This document shows positions 15,448-27,258 of a stretch of 64,000 nt of DNA, one piece after another (within the stretch, counting starts at the first letter, position 1; each line of letters starts with the position of its first letter). The notes below the pieces were generated by a model that was not told the origin of the DNA, did no database searches, and saw only the letters and a program-made list of their open reading frames with translations. The position numbers and the translations under genes were made by a program. The DNA comes from Octopus vulgaris (lineage: Eukaryota): contig OX597820.1 in assembly GCA_951406725.2 (NCBI GenBank), positions 43,090,001 through 43,154,000 on the forward strand. Direction: 5' to 3'.

Positions 15448-15730
15448 TGAAATAAAACGATTTCTGTTCAATCTGCGTTCAGCTCCATTTCTTCAATTCA
15501 CCAATAATGTTTTAATTTCAATTATCCGCACCAACGCACGGTTGCAACACCATATGGTTGTACCTCCAACCGTGCTGTTTACTGCTGTGATTTTTGCTAC
15601 TAAGGTATCGGTTAAACTTTTGATTAATCTACTACAAGATTATTCATCTTTCTATTTCACATAATATATATATACATATATATACATATATATATATACA
15701 CATATATACATATATATATGTATATATATA

Positions 15731-15812
<82 letters not shown>

Positions 15813-16619
15813 CATACATGCATTCATACACACACACGAAGTTAGGCGAGTCCGAGGGGGATTTCAGGATAAATATACAGATCGTGGGTAGTAACATACA
15901 AGGAAATCTTAATTGCTGTCTCCTTTGTATTAGAGCAGGTTTGTTTGGAAAGAATTGCGTTCACCATGTATTGCTTAAGTCTTTAATTATTTTATGTTAA
16001 AATGATTATGTAAGACCACATTTATAAATATAAATACAAACTTCTGGGCACATCGATACAAAATATGAACACACACTATGGCCCACACACAGTTTCTCGC
16101 ATACATACACACATTTACGTAAATAGATAGATAGGGAAATAGACAGATACATGCCTTATGCGTTTTGTTTCTATTTGACTGTGAGCACATAATTGTGGTG
16201 TTTTACAGATTTTGACTGCAAACGTGGTGCAGTATTTCTAAATTAATGACTTTATGATATTGTGAATTCATAAACTTGTGTATATATGTATTTTTTCTTT
16301 CAACCATGTAATGTCATGAACATATGTAATGTACTCGTCTCTAATTACTGTATTTCGCTGATATATTGCCACAGTTGGTTCCATTTCAGTGGAAATATTT
16401 TGAGTCATTATCGTCCTAATCCTTGCAAGTGTGGTTAAATTCTAGCACACTGTGTCGGTGGACAATTTTACTAGCCGAATTTTATCAAGCTGTGTCACGC
16501 ATATACTTTGTAAGAATTAAGAATTAAGTTAAGGGCGCATTTTACATGTTTATGGAATACTCAACCACAAACCAGGTCAATTCATTAGGTAAAGTTTTCC
16601 CTTAATAAGTTAACGAATA

Positions 16620-16789
16620 TCTTCCCATCGCTCTTCGTGTCGATCTACATTTTCTCCTTTGCGACGAGTAGCTCTGCTCAAAACGTCAGACTCTCTCCTT
16701 ACATTGAATGTCAAACTAATACGTTTCTTGTGCACGTCCTCACGTTCGTTCTTTTCATTTTGTTATTTGAATTGTTTGAATCGACTCTA

Positions 16790-16825
<36 letters not shown>

Positions 16826-16835
16826 CATAATATAG

Positions 16836-16870
<35 letters not shown>

Positions 16871-17074
16871 ATATATGTGACCGCGTGTGTATCGTTGGCG
16901 ATTTTATTTCTCGGTCTTCCTTTCCTTGGACCTTTCCTTTTTCTATGTTTCTGACGAAGAGCTCCGCTCGAAACATTAAATCCTCCCCGTTTCTTTCCTT
17001 TCCTTAGCGTTCAATAATACTATACTTATTCCACGTCCTCGCGTTGTTGTGTTTTTTCTTTGTTCATGTTGGAT

Positions 17075-17079
<5 letters not shown>
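16620..17079 (+). mobile_element. Two tandem, diverged copies of a ~200-bp pseudo-LTR-like repeat with degenerate minimal hammerheads
   Basis: 16947 guuuCUGACGAagagcuccgcucGAAACauuaaa and 16661 gcgacgaguagcucugcucaaaacguc. They share the 3' part cacgtcctc(a/g)cgtt, which also appears at ~28301-28346. Confidence 0.55.
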
Positions 17080-17131
<52 letters not shown>

Positions 17132-17132
17132 C

Positions 17133-17171
<39 letters not shown>

Positions 17172-18956
17172 CAGACAAACAGACATATACGCACGCAAAT
17201 ACATGCTCTCTATTTTCTATATATGGTGTATTTGATATATTTAGGTGAATATCATATATTCACCCAAATAACTAATAACACTGACTCTTCGATGATACGT
17301 GCACAACTAGTGAATAGATAAATCCATTTAGTAGAACTAGAATAGTATTGCCTTGGTTCATGTACGTTTATTTCATACTGTGTGTATGTATGTGTGTGCG
17401 TTGTGTGTGTGTGTGTGTGTGTGTGTGTGATCGTAATAATCATGTGTGCTTACGTGATAATATATTTGTTTGTATGGGTCTGTCAAGACGTGTATACTTT
17501 CAGAATTGAGTTACTATTTCCACGAAAAATGTTTAAAATAAGAATTTTCAAACATTTGCATTTCTGTTGCAAAACTATTTCTTTAAATGTAGTCATAAGG
17601 AAACAATGACATGCACAGATACCATGAGATGTACATATTAATATTTACCGAAGTTCATTAGAAAAGACATTTCGTTGTTATAGTTAGCATTTCTCATACA
17701 CTGCATATATGTCAAGTATTTTTGAGTGGGTTATTGTAACTAAGGACGCTAAATATAGAGATTTCGGTACATTTTGCTTTTTTACCTGTAGCGCGAGGAA
17801 TTACTAAATGTTAAGATAAACTGTGATACCCCTAAATATGTTTTTGTTCTTCAGGGTTTATTATTTACCAGCTATGAAATTCAGTGAAGATATTCAGAAA
17901 ACTAAGTTGAAAATTTTGTTTCGTATTATGTTATAATGTAAATATTACATTTCATGTTCTGGGTTATTTGCTGTAAAAAGTTTTCTCTATAATTTGATTC
18001 GTTAAACGATTAAAGGTTATGCTGTACCAACAAATTACGTTGTATGTAAGAAGTGAATACTTAGAGGTATATATGCTTCGCTATAAGGTTTTCTATAGTA
18101 ACTCTGTATGATATGAATCATTACGTATTGAAGTTATTTTATGATTTGGTTATAAAAAATATACGACAACTTTTTAATGTAAGAGTTTAGAATTCGTTTA
18201 ACAAAATATGATACAAAATTATTTTACGATTCTGTATTCAAATTGTGTATTTTCATCTTTCATGACTCATCATATTTGCCAATATGTTAAAAAAATATAG
18301 ACTTCCATGGTATCGGTGTTTTGTGATTATGTTATCAATGTTCACTATTTTATGATACAATAGTTTTAGGATTCGCTTTGAAAACAGTCCGTGTTCAATG
18401 ATACCAATTTCTTTATAGCTTAATGTTTAGAAATACGGTGTGTCATGATATAGTTTTTATGTATCGCTCGAACTGAATTCAGTATTTCAAGGTACCAATG
18501 TCTTTATAGCTTGGCTTTAAAAATATATAGTGGTGTGGTGATGTCATGTTATGACGTGCTTATCAAAGCGTAGGGCACTGTGCTAACAACCATTAATGTT
18601 TTGCTTATGGAAACAAATTCTGGCGTCATTTCTCTAATGATTTTGCTGCAAAATCAGAACTTATCGTGCCAATTCTTTTCAGAAGTTTCTGTTTAAAACA
18701 CGCGCTCAAAGTTATTCATAATAACTTTTTTTCTAATCTAGATACGAGGTCAGTAATTTTGAAGGGAGATCTACAGTCCAATGCATTCACCATAGTGCTT
18801 GATTGGCACTTAATCTCATCAAACCTGCTACAGGATTTGAAATCAAAATATTGAATTAAATGCATGGACATTGAAACGGACGATTCTGTCTGTCACCACA
18901 CAACACTTATAGATAATGATAATAGCATTAATAATGATATTAATGATAAGCAAAAC

Positions 18957-19031
<75 letters not shown>

Positions 19032-19102
19032 TATTATTATTATTATTATTATTGTTATTGTTATTATTGTTATTATTACTATTATTGTTATTATTATTAT
19101 TA

Positions 19103-20063
19103 ATGGCGGATGGAATTGAACACCACGACAAAACTTGCGGCGAGTGAGAAAAATATTGGCTTCAATATAATTTCAGCAATGAACTCGCGCGCAGTCGCAG
19201 TAACTCGGTATGGCGCTGGAATCCTGAAGTGGACGGAGGGGTAGCTAAAAGAGATGGTCTGGAAGTAAAGAAAGATCCTAACGAATCATGGCGGGCCATC
19301 ATTAGCTTGCGGACACTGATCGCTTTTACATGAAGAGAGCAAATGGTGGAAGGAGACTGATAAGTGTGGTAGACTGCGTGCGTATTCAACTCTGAAAGAT
19401 AGGTGGAATCGGCTGATGAAAGGAACCCTAAAAAATGTTTACGCTCTACCGCGCCTGGTTGAAACCATTAACCACATCAAGAAAGAATGCCTTGATTTGG
19501 CAAAACCACAAGTTGTGGCGACATAACCAGGTAGCGAAAATGCTACATTGTGCGAAAAATGAGGGCTACAGAGATGCAAGACGTAGTATGAGCACAAACC
19601 TCAGAGAGTGGCGGAATCGGAGACTAGCAAAATCCTCTGGGATTTCCCAATCCAATCAGATCAAGTGCTAGACCATAACATACCGGACCTAGTGGAGGTA
19701 GACAAGGTGCACCACATATGCTACATAGTTGACGTTGCATGCCCCTTTGTCTCACGAATCAACAAGAAGGAAGGCGAAAAGATAAATAGACTAACTCACT
19801 TATGTAAGAAATAGCCCGGCTATGGAAAGTGAAGAAGATGCCAATTATTGTTCGGTCGTTGGGAACAGTATCAGAAAGAATCAAGAGGAATATACAGGAA
19901 TATAAAGGAAATTGGCATAGAGGGCCCATCGGCACGGTGAGAAAAACCAGGAAAGTATTAGAAAGCTGAAAAGGATGGTAAGCATGGTACCGTAGGCTGC
20001 AGGTAGTAAGCCCGCTACGCATGCCAGACTCCAGGAGCTCCAACAAAACCTTTGAGAAAGAGA
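19103..20063 (+). mobile_element. Degenerate R4/Dong-like REL LINE, 3' part
   Basis: KILWDFPIQSDQVLDHNIPDLV..IVDVACP and WRHNQVAKMLH; (AAT)n tail; 3' end shared with 62796-62855. Confidence 0.75.
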
Positions 20064-20064
20064 A

Positions 20065-20123
<59 letters not shown>

Positions 20124-20170
20124 TGATGATAATAATAATAATAATGATGATGATAATAATAATAATAATG

Positions 20171-20230
<60 letters not shown>

Positions 20231-20232
<2 letters not shown>

Positions 20233-22752
20233 GCCAACGCTTCTTTGAACAGAACAAAAAGTTCAACTCCGACCCCAAAAAGTTCTACCAAGAACTGGGC
20301 AAAAATAAAATAGAAGTCACTGCAGCACCAACGGCAGAAGAATTGGAAGAATTCTGGGGAGTAATATGGTCGGCGAACGAACCACCAAAAAAAAGAGTAT
20401 CAAAATAACAAACTCGGCATCTGAACAAACTTGGACCCCCATAACAACTGAAGAGGTCACCCAGGCACTGCAAAGACTAAGCAACTGGAAGGCACCTGGG
20501 CATGACAAGATCCCCAACTTCTGGTTGAAATATCTAACAGGAATGCACAAAAAGCTGGCTGAAAACTTTAACAACGTACTAGCAGAGCCAGAGACAATGC
20601 CCGAATGGCTCACGAAGGGGAAAACCATCTTAATTCCCAAATCAAATGAAACAGAAAAACCAGAAAACTACAGACCAATAACCTGCCTCCCTACTATGTT
20701 CAAGGCATTTACTGCAGTGATATCACAAAGGCTGAACAAGCACCTGGACGAAAACAAACTGTTCCCAGAAGAGCAGAAAGGATGCCGCAAAGGCTCATAT
20801 GGCTGTAAAGATCAACTAATGATTAATAAAGCCATAACTGAAGACAGCCACAGAAAGAAGAAAGGCCTCAGTATGGCCTGGATTGACTACAAAAAGGCGT
20901 TTGATAGCACCCCCCACACATGGATCCTCGAAACACTAGCCATTAACAAAGTAGCACCAACAATCATAAAATTCATACAGCACTCTATGAATAAATGGCA
21001 AACAGTCCTACACCTCCAAACAAAAGAGGGACTCATGAAAACCAAAGACATCCCCATTAGAAGAGGAATATTCCAGGGAGATACGCTCTCTCCACTCCTT
21101 TTCTGCTTGGCACTGTCACCTCTATCTGATATGCTAAATAGAACTGGATGCGGATATAAATGTTACGGCAAAACGATCAGCCACCTTTTATATATGGATG
21201 AACTAAAACTATACGCTGCAAATGACAAACAGCTGGAAACACTATTAAAGACAGTTCATGGATTTACCAAAGAAATAGATATGAAATTTGGATTAGCGAA
21301 ATGCGCCAAAGTAACCATGAAAAGAGGAAAACTAGTTAAGAGTAACAACATCACACTAGATGAAGCAAATGAAATAAAAGAATTAGACCAAAGCCAAACT
21401 TACAAATACTTAGGAATCCATGAACTAGATAAGACACAACACACACAAATGAAAGAGAAAATAAAAAAGAATATTATAGACGAGTTAGATCAATACTAAA
21501 CACAGAGCTCAATGCTAAAAACAAGATAATAGGTATCAACACTTTAGCTGTCCCAGTTATAAGTTACAGCTACAATATCCTTAACTGGACACGAAATGAA
21601 CTGACCAAAATAGACAGGAAAACAAGAAAAATAATGACAGGATCTAGGATGCATCACCCAAAATCTGACATAGAAAGACTATATATACAACGTATAGAAG
21701 GTGGTAGAGGCCTTATACAGCTGGAAAACTACTATAAAATAACCACCATAGGACTGCAAAAATATCTACTTCAGAAGGAAGGAAAACTGATCCAGATAGC
21801 GGCAAAACACGAGCAAAACAAAAAACTGTTCTCAGTATTTAAGGAAGCTGACAAATACAAACAAGAAATCATACCACCTAATAAACATGAAGAAGAACAA
21901 GAAGATGAAGAAACAACAAAAGCTATAAAAAAAATGAAATCCAAACTAAAAATAGAACAGCAACGAACCATGATAAAACGATGGCAAGAAAAGCCCCTTC
22001 ATGGTAAATACTGGACTAAACTAAACGCAAAAGAAATAGACAAAGAAAAATCCCAGCAATGGTTGAGAAGCTCAGGACTCAAAGCAGAGACAGAGGGATT
22101 TTTAATTGATTGCAGCACAAGACCAAAGCCTCCCCACCAGAAATTACCAAAAACATGTAATGAAAAGAAATATTACAAGTAACTGCAGAATATGTGGAGA
22201 TGGACAAGAAACAATAAATCATATTATCTCTAGCTGCCCAGTCCTGGCTAAGAAGGAATATATTCACAGACACGACAGAGTTGGAACTTACATACATTGG
22301 AAGCTATGCCAACATTATGGAATAACAACAGAAAAAAGATGGTATAGGCACACACCAGAAAAGGTCACAGAAAACGAGAAAGCAACCATACTCTGGGATA
22401 TGCCGATACACACAGATAGAGAAATTAAGGCCAACAGACCAGATATAGTTGTCAGAGACCATGAAGAAAAAAATGCTTTCTAATTGATGTATCAGTACCG
22501 GCAGATGACAACGTGTCTCTAAAAGAAATGGAGAAACTCTCAAAATACAAAGACCTGGAAATAGAGGTAACTAGAATGTGGAATCTGAAAACAGAAACAA
22601 TTCCTATCATAGTAGGTGCATTAGGCATGATAAAAAAATATTCAGACAAATACATAACAAAAACACCAGGACTTACAAACACATATAACATACAGAAAAT
22701 TGCACTACTAGGCACTGCACACATCCTACGCAGAACACTTTCCATACAATAA
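20231..22752 (+). pseudogene. Frameshifted RT-REL polyprotein (pieces 20366-21499, 21634-22182, 22106-22483, 22513-22752)
   Basis: Consecutive ORFs in different frames continue one protein. Shifts at A-runs (~21470, ~22470) and at a tgat duplication (~22107). Confidence 0.88.
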
Positions 22753-22852
22753 CCATCAGAGCATCACAACAAATCACAGCACATACCCAAGGCACACAGA
22801 GCTGCGCTCGGTAGTGAAGTGAAAGCACGCTATAAAAATAAAAATAAAACTA

Positions 22853-22857
<5 letters not shown>
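20231..22857 (+). mobile_element. 5'-truncated R4/Dong-like non-LTR retrotransposon (RT + CCHC + REL) inserted in (AAT)n
   Basis: KAPGHDKI, YRPITCL, DYKKAFDS, GIFQGDTLSPLLF, HLLYMDE, YKYLG, CRICGDGQETINHIISSC, RHD, RPD, K..KY; ~100-bp 3'UTR; (AAT)n on both sides. Confidence 0.93.
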
Positions 22858-22890
<33 letters not shown>

Positions 22891-22893
<3 letters not shown>

Positions 22894-24045
22894 TCTCGAA
22901 ATATCGAATGACTGGATGCTAAAGCTCGTGGAAAATCGCGAGAGACGAAAGAAGCTTCATTCTATCATAAAGGAAAGCAAAAAATTTGCTATTGATCTCG
23001 TGCAGGATACCCCAACTGAACAACCCGAGGGAAGTACGGCAACTATTGTTGCAAAGAAGGTGAGAATGATGGCAATGAAAAAAGCGCACGAGCAATTGGC
23101 TGATAGGTGGAAAGAGAAACCTCTGCACGGCAAATATGTGACCCGCAGCAAACAAGCTGATGTTGACCAGAAGCAAACCCATCAGTGGCTAAAGGAGCTC
23201 AGGGCTAAAAGCAGAGAGCGAAGGTTTCATCCTGGCTGCTCAAGATCAAAGCCTATTAACCCGGCACTACCAGGCCAATGTGATGAAAAATGGAGCAGAC
23301 CCAAAATGTCGATTCTGCAACGACATGATTGAAACAGTGGACCACCTAATCTCTGGATGTAAAGTCTTAGCACCAGTGGAGTATAAATTAAGACATGACA
23401 GAGTTGGCCAATATCTCCACTGGCTAATAAGTCGGCATTACAATATCAAAACTGCCGACAAGTGGTATAATCACCACCCTGAGGCTGTAACTGAAGGAGA
23501 AAATGTAACCATTCTGTGGGACTTTCCAGTACATACAGACCGAACCATCAAGGCCAATAAACCAGATATTGTTGTGAAAGACCAAAACAATAAAGTTTGC
23601 TTATTGATCGACATGAGCATCCCCTGTGATCATAATATCTCAGCGAAAGAGTTTGACAAGCTCAGAAAATATAAAGACCTACTCATTGAAATTGAGAAAA
23701 TGTGGCATCTCAAGGCGGTTACAATACCAGTGATCGTAGGAGCACTAGGAATGATCAAGAAGGGAACCGAAAATTATATGAGAATGATCCCTGGCTTACC
23801 ATCCCTGCAAGAAGTGCAAAAGATTGTCTTAACTGGTACATCACACGTATTGAGAAGAGCATTGTCGATGTGAGAACTGTTGCTGCTCATGTATTTTAAT
23901 TTAACTTAAAAAAAAAAAAAAAAAAATGAACGAACTACTGAGTTTGGTTTAATGGCCTACCAATGTATACTATGAGTTTCTTTGCCCTAGGAATCGGGAA
24001 GACACTCGGCAAGAAATGGAAGCAAATTTGAAAGAAGAAAAAAAA
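22891..24045 (+). mobile_element. Second R4/Dong-like family, 3' fragment (CCHC + REL) with (AAT)n tail
   Basis: WKEKPLHGKY, CRFCNDMIETVDHLISGC, RHDRVG, KPDIVV, IDMSIP, KLRKY. ORF 23280-23873 is intact. Confidence 0.9.
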
Positions 24046-24141
<96 letters not shown>

Positions 24142-24142
<1 letters not shown>

Positions 24143-24696
24143 GCCCTGATGCAGTACCAGGCAGTGGTTCTCATGGCTTCTGATCTTAACTGATTGGAAG
24201 TGTTATCATGTACATTGTTTTGTATTGGTATAAAAGATGGGCTACAGCAAATATTCTGCTCATTACCACAGATTTGCTTATCACTTGTTTGACTTTAACC
24301 AGTTGAGAATATCCCTTACTGGCTGATAATATGTGCATCTCTGATCACGAGCAGAAGTAGTGGGGGAGTATCATAGCCATGTGTTGAGAGGGATTCTTTG
24401 AGGTTTGAATAATTCACCTCTGGAAACATGGGTGTTTCGTTCAACATCCTTAAAGAACCCTTATTCAGGGACCTTTTGAGCAGGATGGGTTACTCGACCA
24501 GAAGAAAATTCTAACTGGGCACCACCTACAAGGTCATGTGCTATTTATCTTGATATGAGATCATCATGTCGCGCACATATGGTTGTGATGCATGTGCCAG
24601 GTGTACCCATATCAGACGGGTAGTCATGATGGGTATACTGGGTTTCGTATATTTTACCCCAGTGTCACTTTGATGGCATGCACTGCTCTCTCACTC
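24142..24696 (+). mobile_element. Non-coding (AAT)n-tailed retroposon (SINE or LINE 3' end)
   Basis: Flanked by (AAT)n on both sides; its 5' half is homologous to 60691-60935. Confidence 0.7.
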
Positions 24697-24766
<70 letters not shown>

Positions 24767-24769
24767 GTA

Positions 24770-26560
24770 ACATTTGTTTGTTGAACTGTTGTTGAACTGT
24801 TGTTGCATTGTTTGTAACAATTTGTTATCTGCTGATGCGGCAGACTTGTGTTGTCTGCTTTCCCCTTGTGCCAGGTGGGGGTGGAAATTTACTTGCAAAA
24901 ATTATTGTGTGCAAAAATTACTGTGGAAACCAAAAAAATGATCAAGGATAAATCACCTGTGAAAATACGCACTGAAGTACCAGATAATGCGGTCCCAGCT
25001 CCAGTAAAATCGCCCTCAGCATGGAATTGAGCAACTGATATCAAGAAACGTAATATACAAAACAGAACCGAAGATCTTAAAAACATTTGAAGGAATAATT
25101 AAAAGCGAGGGGACGAAGCTAAAGTTGCCCCTCACAGTGAAATAAACCACGAGGTAAGAGAAGCACAGTTATTTATAAAAGTTTCTTAAACAAAGAAAGC
25201 TGGATATAGCATCCAAAGAAACTGGGGGGCTCTGGTCGAAACCTCAGTGGCTGGATATCAAATAGATAACAAGAGGACAACGTTTCACGACACTAGAGGT
25301 TCGTTTTCAATCGTCAGAAAAATCCAAGCAGGCGTCCACCAATCCGCTGAAAACAGCAGAAATTGTTCTCCTAACAACGTATCTGAGAAGACGCACTTAC
25401 AAGATCTGTGTGGGAGACATACCACCAGAGGTAGACCCTACATGGCTAGTAGCGGCTAACACGTCGGGCTTGGAGGATAAAATTACAATCCTCCAAGTAC
25501 AAGCAACAGAACTTCAGAATTGGCAGGGGCAAAGCCTCGGATTATTAATTCAAGCAGCCCCTGCACAGTTCGAAAATATATTAGAGATAATTCACGTGGC
25601 TACGAGTGATAGTTGAGTCGAAGAAGCCTCGATGCTTCAAGTGTGGCCAAAAGCGTTATATAATCTCTGAGTATAAACCTCCCCGCCCTAAAAGAGTAAC
25701 TCCACCTGCAAATAAAAACCAGGAGGAAACTACAAAAGAGAAGGAGATTGAGAATGTAGTTACTGAAACGGAGAGTGAAATGGAACAAGGACAAGGAGGT
25801 GGGTGGGAAAGAGTGAAAAAAAGGAAAAAACCTGTCCACCCCCAATAGTCCCACATGCAAAAACCAGAAGAGAAAATACAGAATCCAAAACATCTGCCCA
25901 GCCCAAGTTCTAGCCAACCCACCGACAGTAACTATACTGCAGTAGCAGCACGAAATAAAACACTACTGCAAAAGTTAGGAAACTCAAAGGATTCCATCGA
26001 CACGACACAAATGCAAAAATAGGATCAAAAAGATTTATTTTTCCGATATCTAGAAACAATAACAATCTATTCCAAAAAATATGAAAATGATATTGGGCCC
26101 ACGAGAAAAGATTTTTCTTCACAAATTTATGAGGGCTTTACGAATAGTACACCGCAAGCCCCTGAGAAAAAAGGGGCGAGTATTTGAAAAAAATTCTATA
26201 GACACTCTTAATGTTAGATATTTGAAGATGTGCGGCCTGAGTTCGACTTGGAAACAGGCCCGTTTCCTACATGACCTCAAGTTGCACTGTATGGAAATTA
26301 TGGTTGCTACAGAGTCCAGGTCGAGCAGTCAGACCGATTTCTCTCCCCTTCCAAATGGCTACGAGAAATTTACTTCTTCATGTTCACCTGGAGGTGGGGA
26401 AGTGTAGCTGTGCTGTTCAGGAAATACCTGGCCGTTGAGTGTAAAATAATTTTTATCCATCCCGGGAGGCAGGCTGGTCGCTGTGATGTACAGCGGTAAG
26501 ATTTTCATACTGGGGCAGGAAAAGCCGAGTTTTTTCGAAGGAGAGAGAGATTTTTTATTC
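24770..26560 (+). mobile_element. Decayed Tx1/L1-like LINE 5' part (gag-like ORF1 and start of APE endonuclease)
   Basis: VGDIPPEVDPTWL, zinc knuckle RCFKCGQK, GWERVKKRKK, then CGLSSTWKQARFLHDLK..IMVATES (APE N-terminus-like). Confidence 0.6.
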
Positions 26561-26569
26561 GTCTCATTC

Positions 26570-27145
26570 TATAATGTTTGGGGACTTTAATATATCTAAA
26601 GAAAACGCAAAAAACTCGCTTGTGCTATTTCAGGAAAGCAATTTCGATTTTTAGGCGAAATGAAAACGGAAGTGACATTTTGTGGGATAGTTTACTACCA
26701 GAAAATACTATAAACCTTTTTGGTACAGATTGGATGGAAGTATTTGATTTATGGGATTTACGCATAAATACCTTCTGTAATTATGTTAATGGCTTGTACA
26801 CCAGTTCAAATAAGGCGTCGGAAAATTTAAAAAAGAAATGAAAAAAAATATGTTTCCTGATGTTTTTTCAGAAGACTTAGGTAGAGCTGAAGTAAAAGAG
26901 AATCGTGTCCGGGTATTTAAACCGAAGTGAGATGTACCTTCCGCGGCATTGAACCAAGTAAACAAGGAATTGGACAAACTCGTAAATATTAGATTAATAA
27001 AAATAAAAGATTATTTGGAATGGGCATCACTGACCGTCTATGTAACGAAGAAAAATAATAAAATAAGAGTCTGCCTTTACTTTTCAACTGGCTTGAATGA
27101 ATGTCTGGGGACATATGATTACCATTTGCCAAATCCTGAGGAAAT
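26570..27145 (+). mobile_element. Gypsy LTR retrotransposon protease/RT fragment
   Basis: NLFGTDWMEVFDLW, FPDVFSEDLG, VNKELDKLV..EWASLTVYVTKKNNKIRVC..FSTGLNECL..YHLPNPEEI. Confidence 0.8.
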
Positions 27146-27156
27146 TATAATAATAA

Positions 27157-27258
<102 letters not shown>

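Larger units (their letters stand above)
13836..15663. mobile_element. Penelope-derived fold-back element: ~790-bp inverted arms (13836-14627 / 14718-15508), 90-bp spacer, ~150-bp unique tail
   Basis: Near-identical ORFs on opposite strands (14237+ vs 15108-; 13905+ vs 15399-), a GIY-YIG remnant, two hammerheads, and a directly repeated interrupted (TA)n flank. Confidence 0.85.
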
